From NCBI RefSeq assembly GCF_020885515.1, contig NZ_AP024987.1:1459612-1491611 (forward strand): a stretch of DNA of 32,000 nt, written 5' to 3'. This stretch comes from a cyanobacterium endosymbiont of Braarudosphaera bigelowii (GTDB lineage: Bacteria > Cyanobacteriota > Cyanobacteriia > Cyanobacteriales > Microcystaceae). Made by a program: the position numbers and the translations under genes. Below are positions 10,294-18,511 of the stretch, one piece after another. Within the stretch, counting starts at the first letter, position 1, and each line of letters begins with the position of its first letter. The notes beneath the pieces are model-generated. The model was given only the letters and a program-made list of their open reading frames with translations. It was not told where the DNA came from and searched no databases.

Positions 10294-10740
10294 ATGTTTT
10301 CTACATCTACTATATTAACTAAATATGTGTTAAAAGCATTAAGACTTACCTTACCTATTGTTATTAGTATATTTACAATAAAAGTCAGTGAAGATAAGGC
10401 CTTCGCTCAAACATCTGCATTACCTACTACTTTAACTGTTCGCTCTGATATTCAAGAAGCAAATTCTGAAACTGGTACTGTGACAGCTAGAGGAAACGTT
10501 CAGTTTTTTTATCCTGCTCGTAAACTTCAAGGAACTGCTGCTCAGGCTCAATATTTTAGTCGAGAGCGACGTCTAGTTTTGACGGGTAATGTTTATATTC
10601 TTGAAAATGGAAATAGTATAAGATCTGAAAGTATGGTATATCTAATGGATGAAGGACGGTTTATTGCAACTCCAGAGCCAACTCAACAAGTAGAATCAAT
10701 ATATTTAGTTGCTCCAGATTCAGAAACGGCTCCATATTAA
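10294..10740 (+). CDS. lptA: LptA/OstA-like periplasmic lipopolysaccharide transport protein
   Basis: OstA-like beta-strand repeats (ARGNVQFFYPARKLQGTAAQAQYFSRERRLVLTGNVYILENGNSIRSESMVY...), a signal peptide, and position directly upstream of lptB. Confidence 0.8.
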   Translation: MFSTSTILTKYVLKALRLTLPIVISIFTIKVSEDKAFAQTSALPTTLTVRSDIQEANSETGTVTARGNVQFFYPARKLQGTAAQAQYFSRERRLVLTGNVYILENGNSIRSESMVYLMDEGRFIATPEPTQQVESIYLVAPDSETAPY

Positions 10741-10796
10741 TCCATTTTTTCAGATGGAAACAACTTTTCTAAACTTCTGATTCTTGAAATTTTTTT

Positions 10797-11525
10797 ATGA
10801 CACTGATTTTAGAGAATATACACAAAACTTATGGAAAGCGGAATATTGTCAATCGGGTTAGCATTAGAGTAGCACCTGGTGAAATTGTCGGATTACTTGG
10901 TCCTAATGGTGCGGGTAAGACTACTACTTTTTATATAGCAACAGGTTTAATTAAACCTGACAAAGGAAAAGTCTGGTTATATCAACAAGATGTTACCTGT
11001 TTACCTTTGCATAAGAGAGCTCGTTTGGGTATTGGCTATATGACCCAACAACCTAGTATTTTTAGATATCTTACTGTTCAAGAAAATATTCAAGTTGCCC
11101 TCGAACAAACAAATATTACTTTCAAACAAAGAGCACAACGTCTTAATGGTTTACTTAAAGAGTTTCGTTTAGAAAAAATTGCTCATACAAAAGGATCTCA
11201 AATATCAGGAGGAGAGAGACGTAGAACAGAGTTAGCACGTTCTTTAGCCATGGGGAAAAAAGGGCCAGACTTTTTATTATTAGACGAACCTTTTGCCGGA
11301 GTCGATCCTATTGCTGTTTCAGAAATCCAAGTCATGATTGCTCAGTTACAAGAACGTAAAATGGGAATCCTTATTACCGATCATAACGTACGCGAAACTC
11401 TTGCTATAACTAATCGAGCTTATATCATGCGTGATGGTCAAATCCTAGCAGCTGGAAGTGCTGAAGAGCTATATAGTAATTCTTTAGTACGACAATATTA
11501 CTTAGGAGAAAACTTCCAAATCTAA
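10797..11525 (+). CDS. lptB: LPS export ABC transporter ATP-binding protein
   Basis: Walker A GPNGAGKTT, GYMTQQPSIFRYLTVQEN, signature SGGERRRTELARSLA, Walker B FLLLDEPFAGVDPIAV; characteristic LptB family. Confidence 0.95.
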   Translation: MTLILENIHKTYGKRNIVNRVSIRVAPGEIVGLLGPNGAGKTTTFYIATGLIKPDKGKVWLYQQDVTCLPLHKRARLGIGYMTQQPSIFRYLTVQENIQVALEQTNITFKQRAQRLNGLLKEFRLEKIAHTKGSQISGGERRRTELARSLAMGKKGPDFLLLDEPFAGVDPIAVSEIQVMIAQLQERKMGILITDHNVRETLAITNRAYIMRDGQILAAGSAEELYSNSLVRQYYLGENFQI

Positions 11526-11576
11526 AATCATATAGACATTATAGATATTGGTCAAGTAAATTACCTTAAAATCAGA

Positions 11577-12725
11577 ATGAGAATAAAGATTCCTAGCTTA
11601 TCAGTTGTAGATCGTTATTTATTTTTAGAGCTATTATCACCTTTCCTCTTTGGAATGGGAATTTTCACTTCCTTAGGCTTATCTATTGGAACTTTGTTTG
11701 ATTTAGTACGCCGAGTAACAGAGTCAGGATTAGTTTTAACAGTTGCCTTTCAGATTTTATTGTTAAAAATTCCAGGATTTTTAAGTTTGGCTTTTCCTAT
11801 GGCTATACTATTAGCAGCTTTAATGGCGTATAGTCGCTTGTCTAGTGATAGTGAAATTATCGCTTTACGTAGTTTAGGCATAGGAATATATCGTCTAGTA
11901 GTTCCTGTAGTCATTTTCGGTTTCATAGTAACAGGATGTGCATTCATCGTTAATGACTGGATAGCTCCTGCTGCAACTCATAAAGCAGCCATAATATTAG
12001 AAGAAGCTGTTAATCAGAAACGTCCTGATTTTAAAAGACATAATATTGTTTATCCAGAATATAAAACCATTAAGGGAAAAAATGGTCAAGAATCTAATAT
12101 CTTGACTCGGTTATTTCATGCTGAAGAATATAATGGTGAAGAGATGAAAGGTTTAACTATCTTAGACAGAACACAAGAAGGTGTTAATCAAATTGTTACC
12201 TCTGAGTCTGCAACTTGGAATATTTCAAGTAATACCTGGGACTTCTTTAACGGCACCATTTATCTTATTGCTCCAGACGGTTCATACCGTAACATTGTAC
12301 GTTTCCAGCATCAGCAACTAGCATTACCCAAAGCTCCCTTAGATCTAGCAGGTCGCAGACAAAATTTTACTGAAATGACTATATCAGAAACTAAAGAATA
12401 TCTTAAAGCAGTTCAATTTAGTGGAAATGAGAAACGTATCAGAAAAGTTAAAGTACGCCTACAGGAGAAATATGCTATGCCCTTTGTTTGTTTAATTTTT
12501 GGCTTAGTTGGTGCTTCTGTTGGAGTAAGGCCCCAAAATACTAATAGAGCAACTAGTTTTGGCGTATGTGTAGGGCTAATTTTTGGATATTATATCCTTG
12601 CTTTTATGAGTACTTCATTAGGTATTTGGGGTATTCTCACTCCATTCTTAGGAGCTTGGTTACCTAATATTCTGGGATTAGGTGCAGGTAGTTTGTTATT
12701 AGCTCAATCAGCAAGTCTAAAATAA
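11577..12725 (+). CDS. LptF/LptG (YjgP/YjgQ)-family permease
   Basis: 382 aa with N-terminal VVDRYLFLELLSPFLFGMGIFTSLGLSIGTLFDLVRRV, KIPGFLSLAFPMAILLAALMAYSRLSSDSEIIALRSLGI, and location next to lptB. Confidence 0.88.
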   Translation: MRIKIPSLSVVDRYLFLELLSPFLFGMGIFTSLGLSIGTLFDLVRRVTESGLVLTVAFQILLLKIPGFLSLAFPMAILLAALMAYSRLSSDSEIIALRSLGIGIYRLVVPVVIFGFIVTGCAFIVNDWIAPAATHKAAIILEEAVNQKRPDFKRHNIVYPEYKTIKGKNGQESNILTRLFHAEEYNGEEMKGLTILDRTQEGVNQIVTSESATWNISSNTWDFFNGTIYLIAPDGSYRNIVRFQHQQLALPKAPLDLAGRRQNFTEMTISETKEYLKAVQFSGNEKRIRKVKVRLQEKYAMPFVCLIFGLVGASVGVRPQNTNRATSFGVCVGLIFGYYILAFMSTSLGIWGILTPFLGAWLPNILGLGAGSLLLAQSASLK

Positions 12726-12730
12726 TTAAT

Positions 12731-13528
12731 ATGTCACAAAAACTAATACTAAATATTGGGTGGTTATATCCTAATTTAATGAGTACATATGGTGATAGGG
12801 GGAATGTCATTTGTTTACAAAGACGTAGCCAATGGAGAAATATACTGGTTAATATTATTCCTCTTGACCAAAAAGTTGATGCATCTTGTTTTTCCAAAAT
12901 TGATATAGTTGTTGGCGGAGGAGCTCAAGACCGCCAACAAGAAATTGTCATGAGAGATCTGAAAGGAGCTAAAGCAGAAATGTTAAAATTTAAGTTAGAT
13001 AAGGGTACTCCTGGTGTTTTTACTTGTGCCTCTCCTCAACTTTTAGGTCATTACTATGAATCTGCTTCTGGTCAACGTATCAATGGATTAGGTTTACTGG
13101 ATATAGTTACGAAGCATTCTGGATCAAATATATCCCGATGTGTTGGCAATATGGTATTTCAGATTACAGCATCTCCTTTAGCAGAGGAAATCAAACAAAT
13201 GTCAGGTGAAAATCCTTTTGTTATAGGTTTTGAAAATCATGGTGGACGCACTTATTTAGGTAATGTTCAGTCCTTAGGAAAAATAATATTAGGATATGGA
13301 AATAATGGAGAAGATGGATGTGAAGGAGTTTTTTATCGGCATGCTATTGCAACTTATTCGCATGGTCCATTATTAGCAAAAAATTCATTTATTACTGATT
13401 GGTTGATAAAAACAGCATTAAAAGAAAAGTACCAAGAAGATATAACTCTCATAAATATTGATGATAATTTAGAAAAACAAGCAAGAAAGACTATTTTAAA
13501 AAAATTGAAATTATTTTCTAGTATATAA
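12731..13528 (+). CDS. GatD/CobQ-like type 1 glutamine amidotransferase
   Basis: NIGWLYPNLMSTYGDRGNVICL, nucleophile region VFTCASPQLLGHYYESASGQRINGLGLLD, GFENHGGRTYLG, and ATYSHGPLLAKN with the catalytic-type His. Confidence 0.8.
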   Translation: MSQKLILNIGWLYPNLMSTYGDRGNVICLQRRSQWRNILVNIIPLDQKVDASCFSKIDIVVGGGAQDRQQEIVMRDLKGAKAEMLKFKLDKGTPGVFTCASPQLLGHYYESASGQRINGLGLLDIVTKHSGSNISRCVGNMVFQITASPLAEEIKQMSGENPFVIGFENHGGRTYLGNVQSLGKIILGYGNNGEDGCEGVFYRHAIATYSHGPLLAKNSFITDWLIKTALKEKYQEDITLINIDDNLEKQARKTILKKLKLFSSI

Positions 13529-13749
13529 AAACAAGTTTTATTAGTTAATATAAACTTGAATTGAAAATAAGAAAGTGAATGAGAATTTAAAGTTCAACTT
13601 TTGTTTTATTCTTAATATAGAGTTTTATAAAGATTCTTTTCGAAGTATTTGTTACCAGAACAGTTTAGATATAAATTGCAAGAATCAGAAATAGCAAAAA
13701 TTATCCTATTTTTAGTTAACATAAGCTTATTCCCTTATTAGGAGAACAT

Positions 13750-15042
13750 ATGAATATCGCAGTAGTAGGCTTAAGTCATAAAACTGCTCCAGTTGAAGTT
13801 CGAGAAAAATTAAGTATTCAAGAAACTAAGGTTGAAGAAGCAATAATTCATTTACGAAGCTATCCGCATATAGAAGAAATAGCCGTTATTAGTACCTGTA
13901 ATCGTTTAGAAGTTTATGCAGTATTAACTGATACAGAAAAAGGAGTTATTGAAATTATTCAATTTCTTTCTGAAACTAGTCGTATACCCTTGGGATATCT
14001 CAGGCGTCATCTTTTTATATTACTTTATCAAGATGCAGTACGTCATCTATTTAGAGTTGCTGCAGGATTAGAAAGTTTGGTTTTGGGAGAAGGACAAATA
14101 TTAGCTCAAGTGAAGACTACGTATAAATTAGCTCAAAAATATAAGGGAATCGGTAGATTATTAGATCGTTTGTTTAAACAAGCAATTACTGCTGGCAAAA
14201 GAGTTCGTAGCCAAACAAACATAGGAACTGGAGCCGTATCAATAAGTTCTGCTGCAGTAGAACTATCTATAACTAAAGTCAATGATTTAACAGATAAACA
14301 AATTACAGTTGTTGGTGCAGGAAAAATGGCACGCCTATTGGTTAAGCATCTTTTAGCCAAAGGTGCAGTCTCTATTAATGTTGTTAATCGTTCTAGGGTT
14401 CGAGCAGAAGAGTTGGCAAAAAAGTTTCCTACAGCTCAGCTAACCTTAGTTCCTTTTGAAGAAATGATGACAGCTGTAAAAAATTCACATATTATTTTTA
14501 CTAGTACCGCAGCTAGTCAACCAATTTTACATCGAGAAAATCTTCGAGAAGTTGTATCTACACAAGAAAAATTAATGCTGTTTGATATTTCTGTTCCTCG
14601 AAATGTAGCGACAAATGTACAGGAAATGGATCTTGTAGAAGTTTATAATGTAGATGACTTAAAGGCAGTAGTGGCAAAAAATCACTCTAGCCGTCGCCAG
14701 ATAGCGTTAGAAGCGGAAAAATTATTGGAAGAAGAATTAGCGACTTTTGAATTATGGTGGCATTCTTTAGAAGCAGTTCCAACAATTAGTTGTTTAAGAA
14801 CTAAAATTGAAGGTATCAGAGAACAAGAACTAGAAAAAGCTCTATCTAGATTAGGGGTTGAATTTGCAGAAAAACACCAAGAAGTAGTTGAAGCTTTAAC
14901 AAGAGGAATTGTAAATAAAATTCTACATGAGCCTATGGTTCAGCTACGCGCACAACAAGATATTGAAGCTCGACAAAGATGTTTACAATCTTTGCAAATG
15001 TTATTTGATCTAGAAATTGAAATAGAAAAGCAATTTAGTTAA
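13750..15042 (+). CDS. hemA: Glutamyl-tRNA reductase
   Basis: [36 protein letters not shown] and [13 protein letters not shown] are hallmark HemA motifs. Confidence 0.97.
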   Translation: MNIAVVGLSHKTAPVEVREKLSIQETKVEEAIIHLRSYPHIEEIAVISTCNRLEVYAVLTDTEKGVIEIIQFLSETSRIPLGYLRRHLFILLYQDAVRHLFRVAAGLESLVLGEGQILAQVKTTYKLAQKYKGIGRLLDRLFKQAITAGKRVRSQTNIGTGAVSISSAAVELSITKVNDLTDKQITVVGAGKMARLLVKHLLAKGAVSINVVNRSRVRAEELAKKFPTAQLTLVPFEEMMTAVKNSHIIFTSTAASQPILHRENLREVVSTQEKLMLFDISVPRNVATNVQEMDLVEVYNVDDLKAVVAKNHSSRRQIALEAEKLLEEELATFELWWHSLEAVPTISCLRTKIEGIREQELEKALSRLGVEFAEKHQEVVEALTRGIVNKILHEPMVQLRAQQDIEARQRCLQSLQMLFDLEIEIEKQFS

Positions 15043-15152
15043 ATATAATTATTTAATATTTAACTAAATTAATGTTTTATATAATTTTTTTGTTTATATA
15101 TAGTGGGCAAAATCGCTAAATAGTATTTATTTTAACTAACGCAATTCTTATC

Positions 15153-15803
15153 TTATTTTAAGCCTAATTCTCGTTTCAAAAGACTAATAAAATCTTCTAG
15201 GATAACATTCTGAACATATTAATTTAGGGGGATAAAGTAAATCATCTCTTACTAATAGAATAGCTCTTTTAACTACAGAATAACTGGCTAAATCACTAAT
15301 AATTTTGTTTGTGCTGAGTTCACTAAAATTGATAATTGATGTTAACTATTAACCTGGGCTGAAATTAACAATAAATCATTACCTCTCAGGCTGCGAATCC
15401 AGATTTCTGCTACTCTGATTATTCCAATATTTACACTAACAATTCCTAAACGAGTACTTTTTTTGGAGTCTTTCTAATAACTTCAATCTCTTTAGTATGA
15501 TCATAAATATCAATGGAAAGCACACAGGTTTTATAGACTGAAGTAATAGTTTCCACTTCTAGGGTCGAATTGTCGACTAGTTACTATACAGAAAGCATTT
15601 GAGCTAATTGTTCTATAGGTACTAAGAAAATGGGAATATTAAGAGCGCTCTTTAATTCTTGCAGTACTAGTTTTCTTGTGCTTATATCTTGATCTGGTAC
15701 TATAACTATAATTTGTATACTGCAAAGTGCATATCAATAAAGTGCATATCAATTCAAAACTTCTAAAAATAGCTCTTGAATTTCAAAGAAAGTCAATCCT
15801 TTA
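15153..15803 (-). pseudogene. Degraded conserved coding sequence (family not identified) with in-frame stops and frameshifts
   Basis: The minus strand shows successive protein-like blocks: KGLTFFEIQELFLEVLN*, IQIIVIVPDQDISTRKLVLQELKSALNIPIFLVPIEQLAQMLSV**, LVDNSTLEVETITSVYKTCVLSIDIYDHTKEIEVIRKTPKKVLV, (shift) RLGIVSVNIGIIRVAEIWIRSLRGNDLLLISAQ, (shift) SELSTNKIISDLASYSVVKRAILLVRDDLLYPPKLICSE, (shift) EDFISLLKRELGLK*. Confidence 0.65.
15724..15753. repeat. Perfect tandem duplication of a 15-mer
   Basis: AAAGTGCATATCAAT at 15724-15738 is immediately repeated at 15739-15753, inside the pseudogene region. Confidence 0.95.
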
Positions 15804-16152
15804 AATTTTTATGAATTAATGCGATCGCATTAAGGTATTTGATGAACTGAGGGTAATTAGATAAAATAAATTGTGATCCATAGCTATTGTCTTTATATAT
15901 ATATCAGAACCTATTGCCAATTCTACAAGTCAATTTCTTCAAGTTGTTTATATTAATTTGACAACATTTTGTTTTAAACAATTCTTCTATAGTTAGTTGT
16001 TTTACGAATTAAATACCATTATTTTTACTAGCTAACTAAATTATAAAAATATTTTGTAGTTCAAAACAAGAGGTTGTAATATTGTAATTTTTACGAAACG
16101 AAGAAATTAATATCTATTAACATTACTAGGTTTATTTAATTTTTATTAAAGT

Positions 16153-16203
16153 GAAAACAAAGTGTAGTACATCAATTCAATTTATGTACTACACTTTGTT
16201 TTC
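16153..16203 (-). terminator. 20-bp perfect inverted repeat overlapping the hemJ 3' end
   Basis: GAAAACAAAGTGTAGTACAT-caattcaattt-ATGTACTACACTTTGTTTTC. The right arm includes the hemJ stop codon. Terminator role is inferred. Confidence 0.55.
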
Positions 16204-16740
16204 TTCGGAAAAACGTCTTTTTTTTGCATATAATTGAATAGATATCATCATTAAAATTACTAATAATACGAGTAATAAGGTAACAAAGTTAAGCGGCAAG
16301 TTATTTTTAAATATAACCAATAAAACTATAGAAACTAGTAGAATGGTAGGAGCCTCATTGAGCATCCTAAATTGTTTACCTGTCCAGAGACAAGTATCTT
16401 GTTCTAATTGTTTTATTATTTTTCCGCAATAATAATGATAAATCAAAAGTAGTCCAACAAATAGCAACTTAACATGTAGCCACCAAGATTGTAAGACAGT
16501 TTTATCTGTAGAGACTATCCCTATTGCCATTACCAATGTTACCAGCATACCTGGAGTTGTAATTATATTATAGAGACGCTTCTCCATTAACATATATTGA
16601 GTTTTAAGAATAGTTTTTTTCGGTTCTTGTTCTTCATTAGCTTCAGCGTGATATACAAATAGACGTACTAAATAAAATAATCCAGCAAACCAAACTACAA
16701 CACCAATTATATGAAAAGCTTTAAACCAATAATATTCCAT
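16189..16740 (-). CDS. hemJ: HemJ-type protoporphyrinogen IX oxidase (UPF0093 membrane protein)
   Basis: YYWFKAFHIIGVVVWFAGLFYLVRLFVYHAEA, MEKRLYNIITTPGM, and WWLHVKLLFVGLLLIYHYYCGKI match the HemJ core. Confidence 0.9.
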   Translation of the reverse strand: MEYYWFKAFHIIGVVVWFAGLFYLVRLFVYHAEANEEQEPKKTILKTQYMLMEKRLYNIITTPGMLVTLVMAIGIVSTDKTVLQSWWLHVKLLFVGLLLIYHYYCGKIIKQLEQDTCLWTGKQFRMLNEAPTILLVSIVLLVIFKNNLPLNFVTLLLVLLVILMMISIQLYAKKRRFSEENKV

Positions 16741-17023
16741 AATTTTCTAAAAAATAATTGTTTCAGGAAAGGTATCATTTGTTCTTTAACTACTTGCTAA
16801 AGATCTTCAATGAGAATTAAAAAATTTTGTTTTGTTAATATGATAAATTATAAATTACCATAGAAATGTTAAATATAAATAATAAGAATAGAACTTAAAC
16901 TTATAATGCATCTAAATACTAGCGCACTAGCCCTTTTAAGAATCTAAAAATTACATCAATTTTAATCTAATTAATTGCCAATTAATTAGTAAACGATATA
17001 AATAAGATCACAAAACAACTCAA

Positions 17024-17674
17024 ATGGAAAATAATAGTTTTCGAAAAAGAGAATCTATTCTAAGCTTTATACTATATCATCTCTTGAAAATATTGATAGT
17101 TAATCCTCTTTTCTTGACTTATTTTCGTGGAAGAATATATGGGCAAGAAAATATTCCTAAGGGGAAGTCAGTTATTATAGTAAGTAATCATTCTAGTTAT
17201 TTTGATCCACCTCTTCTATCTTCATGTATAAACCGACCCGTAGCTTTTATGGCTAAAGAAGAATTATTTAAAGTTCCTGTGTTAGCACAAGCAATGCGTT
17301 TATATGGAGCTTATCCCGTCAAAAGAGAGACTGGTGATCGTGGTGCAATTAAATCAGCATTGAATGCACTAAGGGACGGTTGGTTAGTTGGTATTTTTAT
17401 ACAAGGAACTCGTACTTATGATGGGAATATTAATCATCCAAAATTAGGAGCAGCAATGATTGCCAGCAAAACTCAAACCCTCCTATTGCCTGTATCTTTA
17501 TGGGGAACTAATAAAGTTTTAAGGAAAGGTTCTTATTTTCCTATGCCTGTACCTATAACTATCCGTATTGGAAAACCTATAAATCCACCCCAATCAAATA
17601 AGCGTCAAGAACTGAAAGAAGTTACTCAAGAATGTGCTACTCGAATTAACTATTTAAATAGTTTAGGGCGCTAA
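17024..17674 (+). CDS. 1-acyl-sn-glycerol-3-phosphate acyltransferase family protein
   Basis: Acyltransferase motif I NHSSYFDPP (HX4D), motif III region GIFIQGTRTYDG, and LLPVSLWGTNKV. Confidence 0.87.
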   Translation: MENNSFRKRESILSFILYHLLKILIVNPLFLTYFRGRIYGQENIPKGKSVIIVSNHSSYFDPPLLSSCINRPVAFMAKEELFKVPVLAQAMRLYGAYPVKRETGDRGAIKSALNALRDGWLVGIFIQGTRTYDGNINHPKLGAAMIASKTQTLLLPVSLWGTNKVLRKGSYFPMPVPITIRIGKPINPPQSNKRQELKEVTQECATRINYLNSLGR

Positions 17675-18511
17675 TACTAGCTACTAGTATAGTCAATGTT
17701 CAATTTTTTTATTAAAGTGATAAATCTTATATTAGATCAATAATATTTGATGAGGAAAATCAATAAAAGCAATATGAGTCAAAATTTAAAGAAAGAAGAA
17801 CTTAAACAATCTAATTTTACAGATGTTTACACAGTCCTAATTTAAAAATTAATTCTATAGCAATTAAGATAGAAACTATTGAACTAGTGCTCCATAAAGA
17901 TAGCTTTAGTATAACTATGTTATTTTAATATTTTTATTAAAATAATACGCATTTTTCAGATATAAGAAGAAGACATTAATCTCAAAATATTATTAAAAAA
18001 TAATAATATTACCAAAATACTTCATGGTAGGAATAAGTTTTTTAATGTTGTACATTTGAATCAGAATATAAAGACAATTTATTGTTTGTATAAAAATAGC
18101 CAGTAAGCTATGATAGTTGACTAAAATTCTTACAGTTCTGATTTAGAAAATAATTTTAACTTATTAGAAATATAACTAATTTATGTGACTAGTCATATAA
18201 ATTATTTGATTGAAATAAAATAATGCTTAATTGTTATGCTAAGAAAATAACATAGATAAAAACTAGTTGAGAAATGTATAAATTGTATCTGAACATTTAC
18301 ATTATTATATTTAATATGTTTTCTAAATTAATATTTGCTTGAGACTATACTTTTATCTAGAAATATAATAATTAAGCAACATATTGTTTTTTAGTACTTC
18401 TCTTTCAAAGATATACAATTTTGAGATACTTGAATAGTGATAAACATATATATAAAATTTGATTACTCTTAGATACAATAAATATGTTAAAAACTTAAGT
18501 AGTATATCCAA

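Noticed and set aside
11750-11947. 65-aa minus-strand ORF
   Set aside because: It is antisense to the LptF/G-like gene.
12664-12897. 77-aa plus-strand ORF bridging two genes
   Set aside because: It is out of frame across the strongly supported lptF/G-like and GatD-like genes.
14133-14360. 75-aa minus-strand ORF
   Set aside because: It is antisense to hemA.
16967-16989. 10-bp inverted repeat CTAATTAATT-gccA-ATTAATTAG upstream of the plsC-like gene
   Set aside because: It is short and nearly pure A/T, so expected by chance at this composition.
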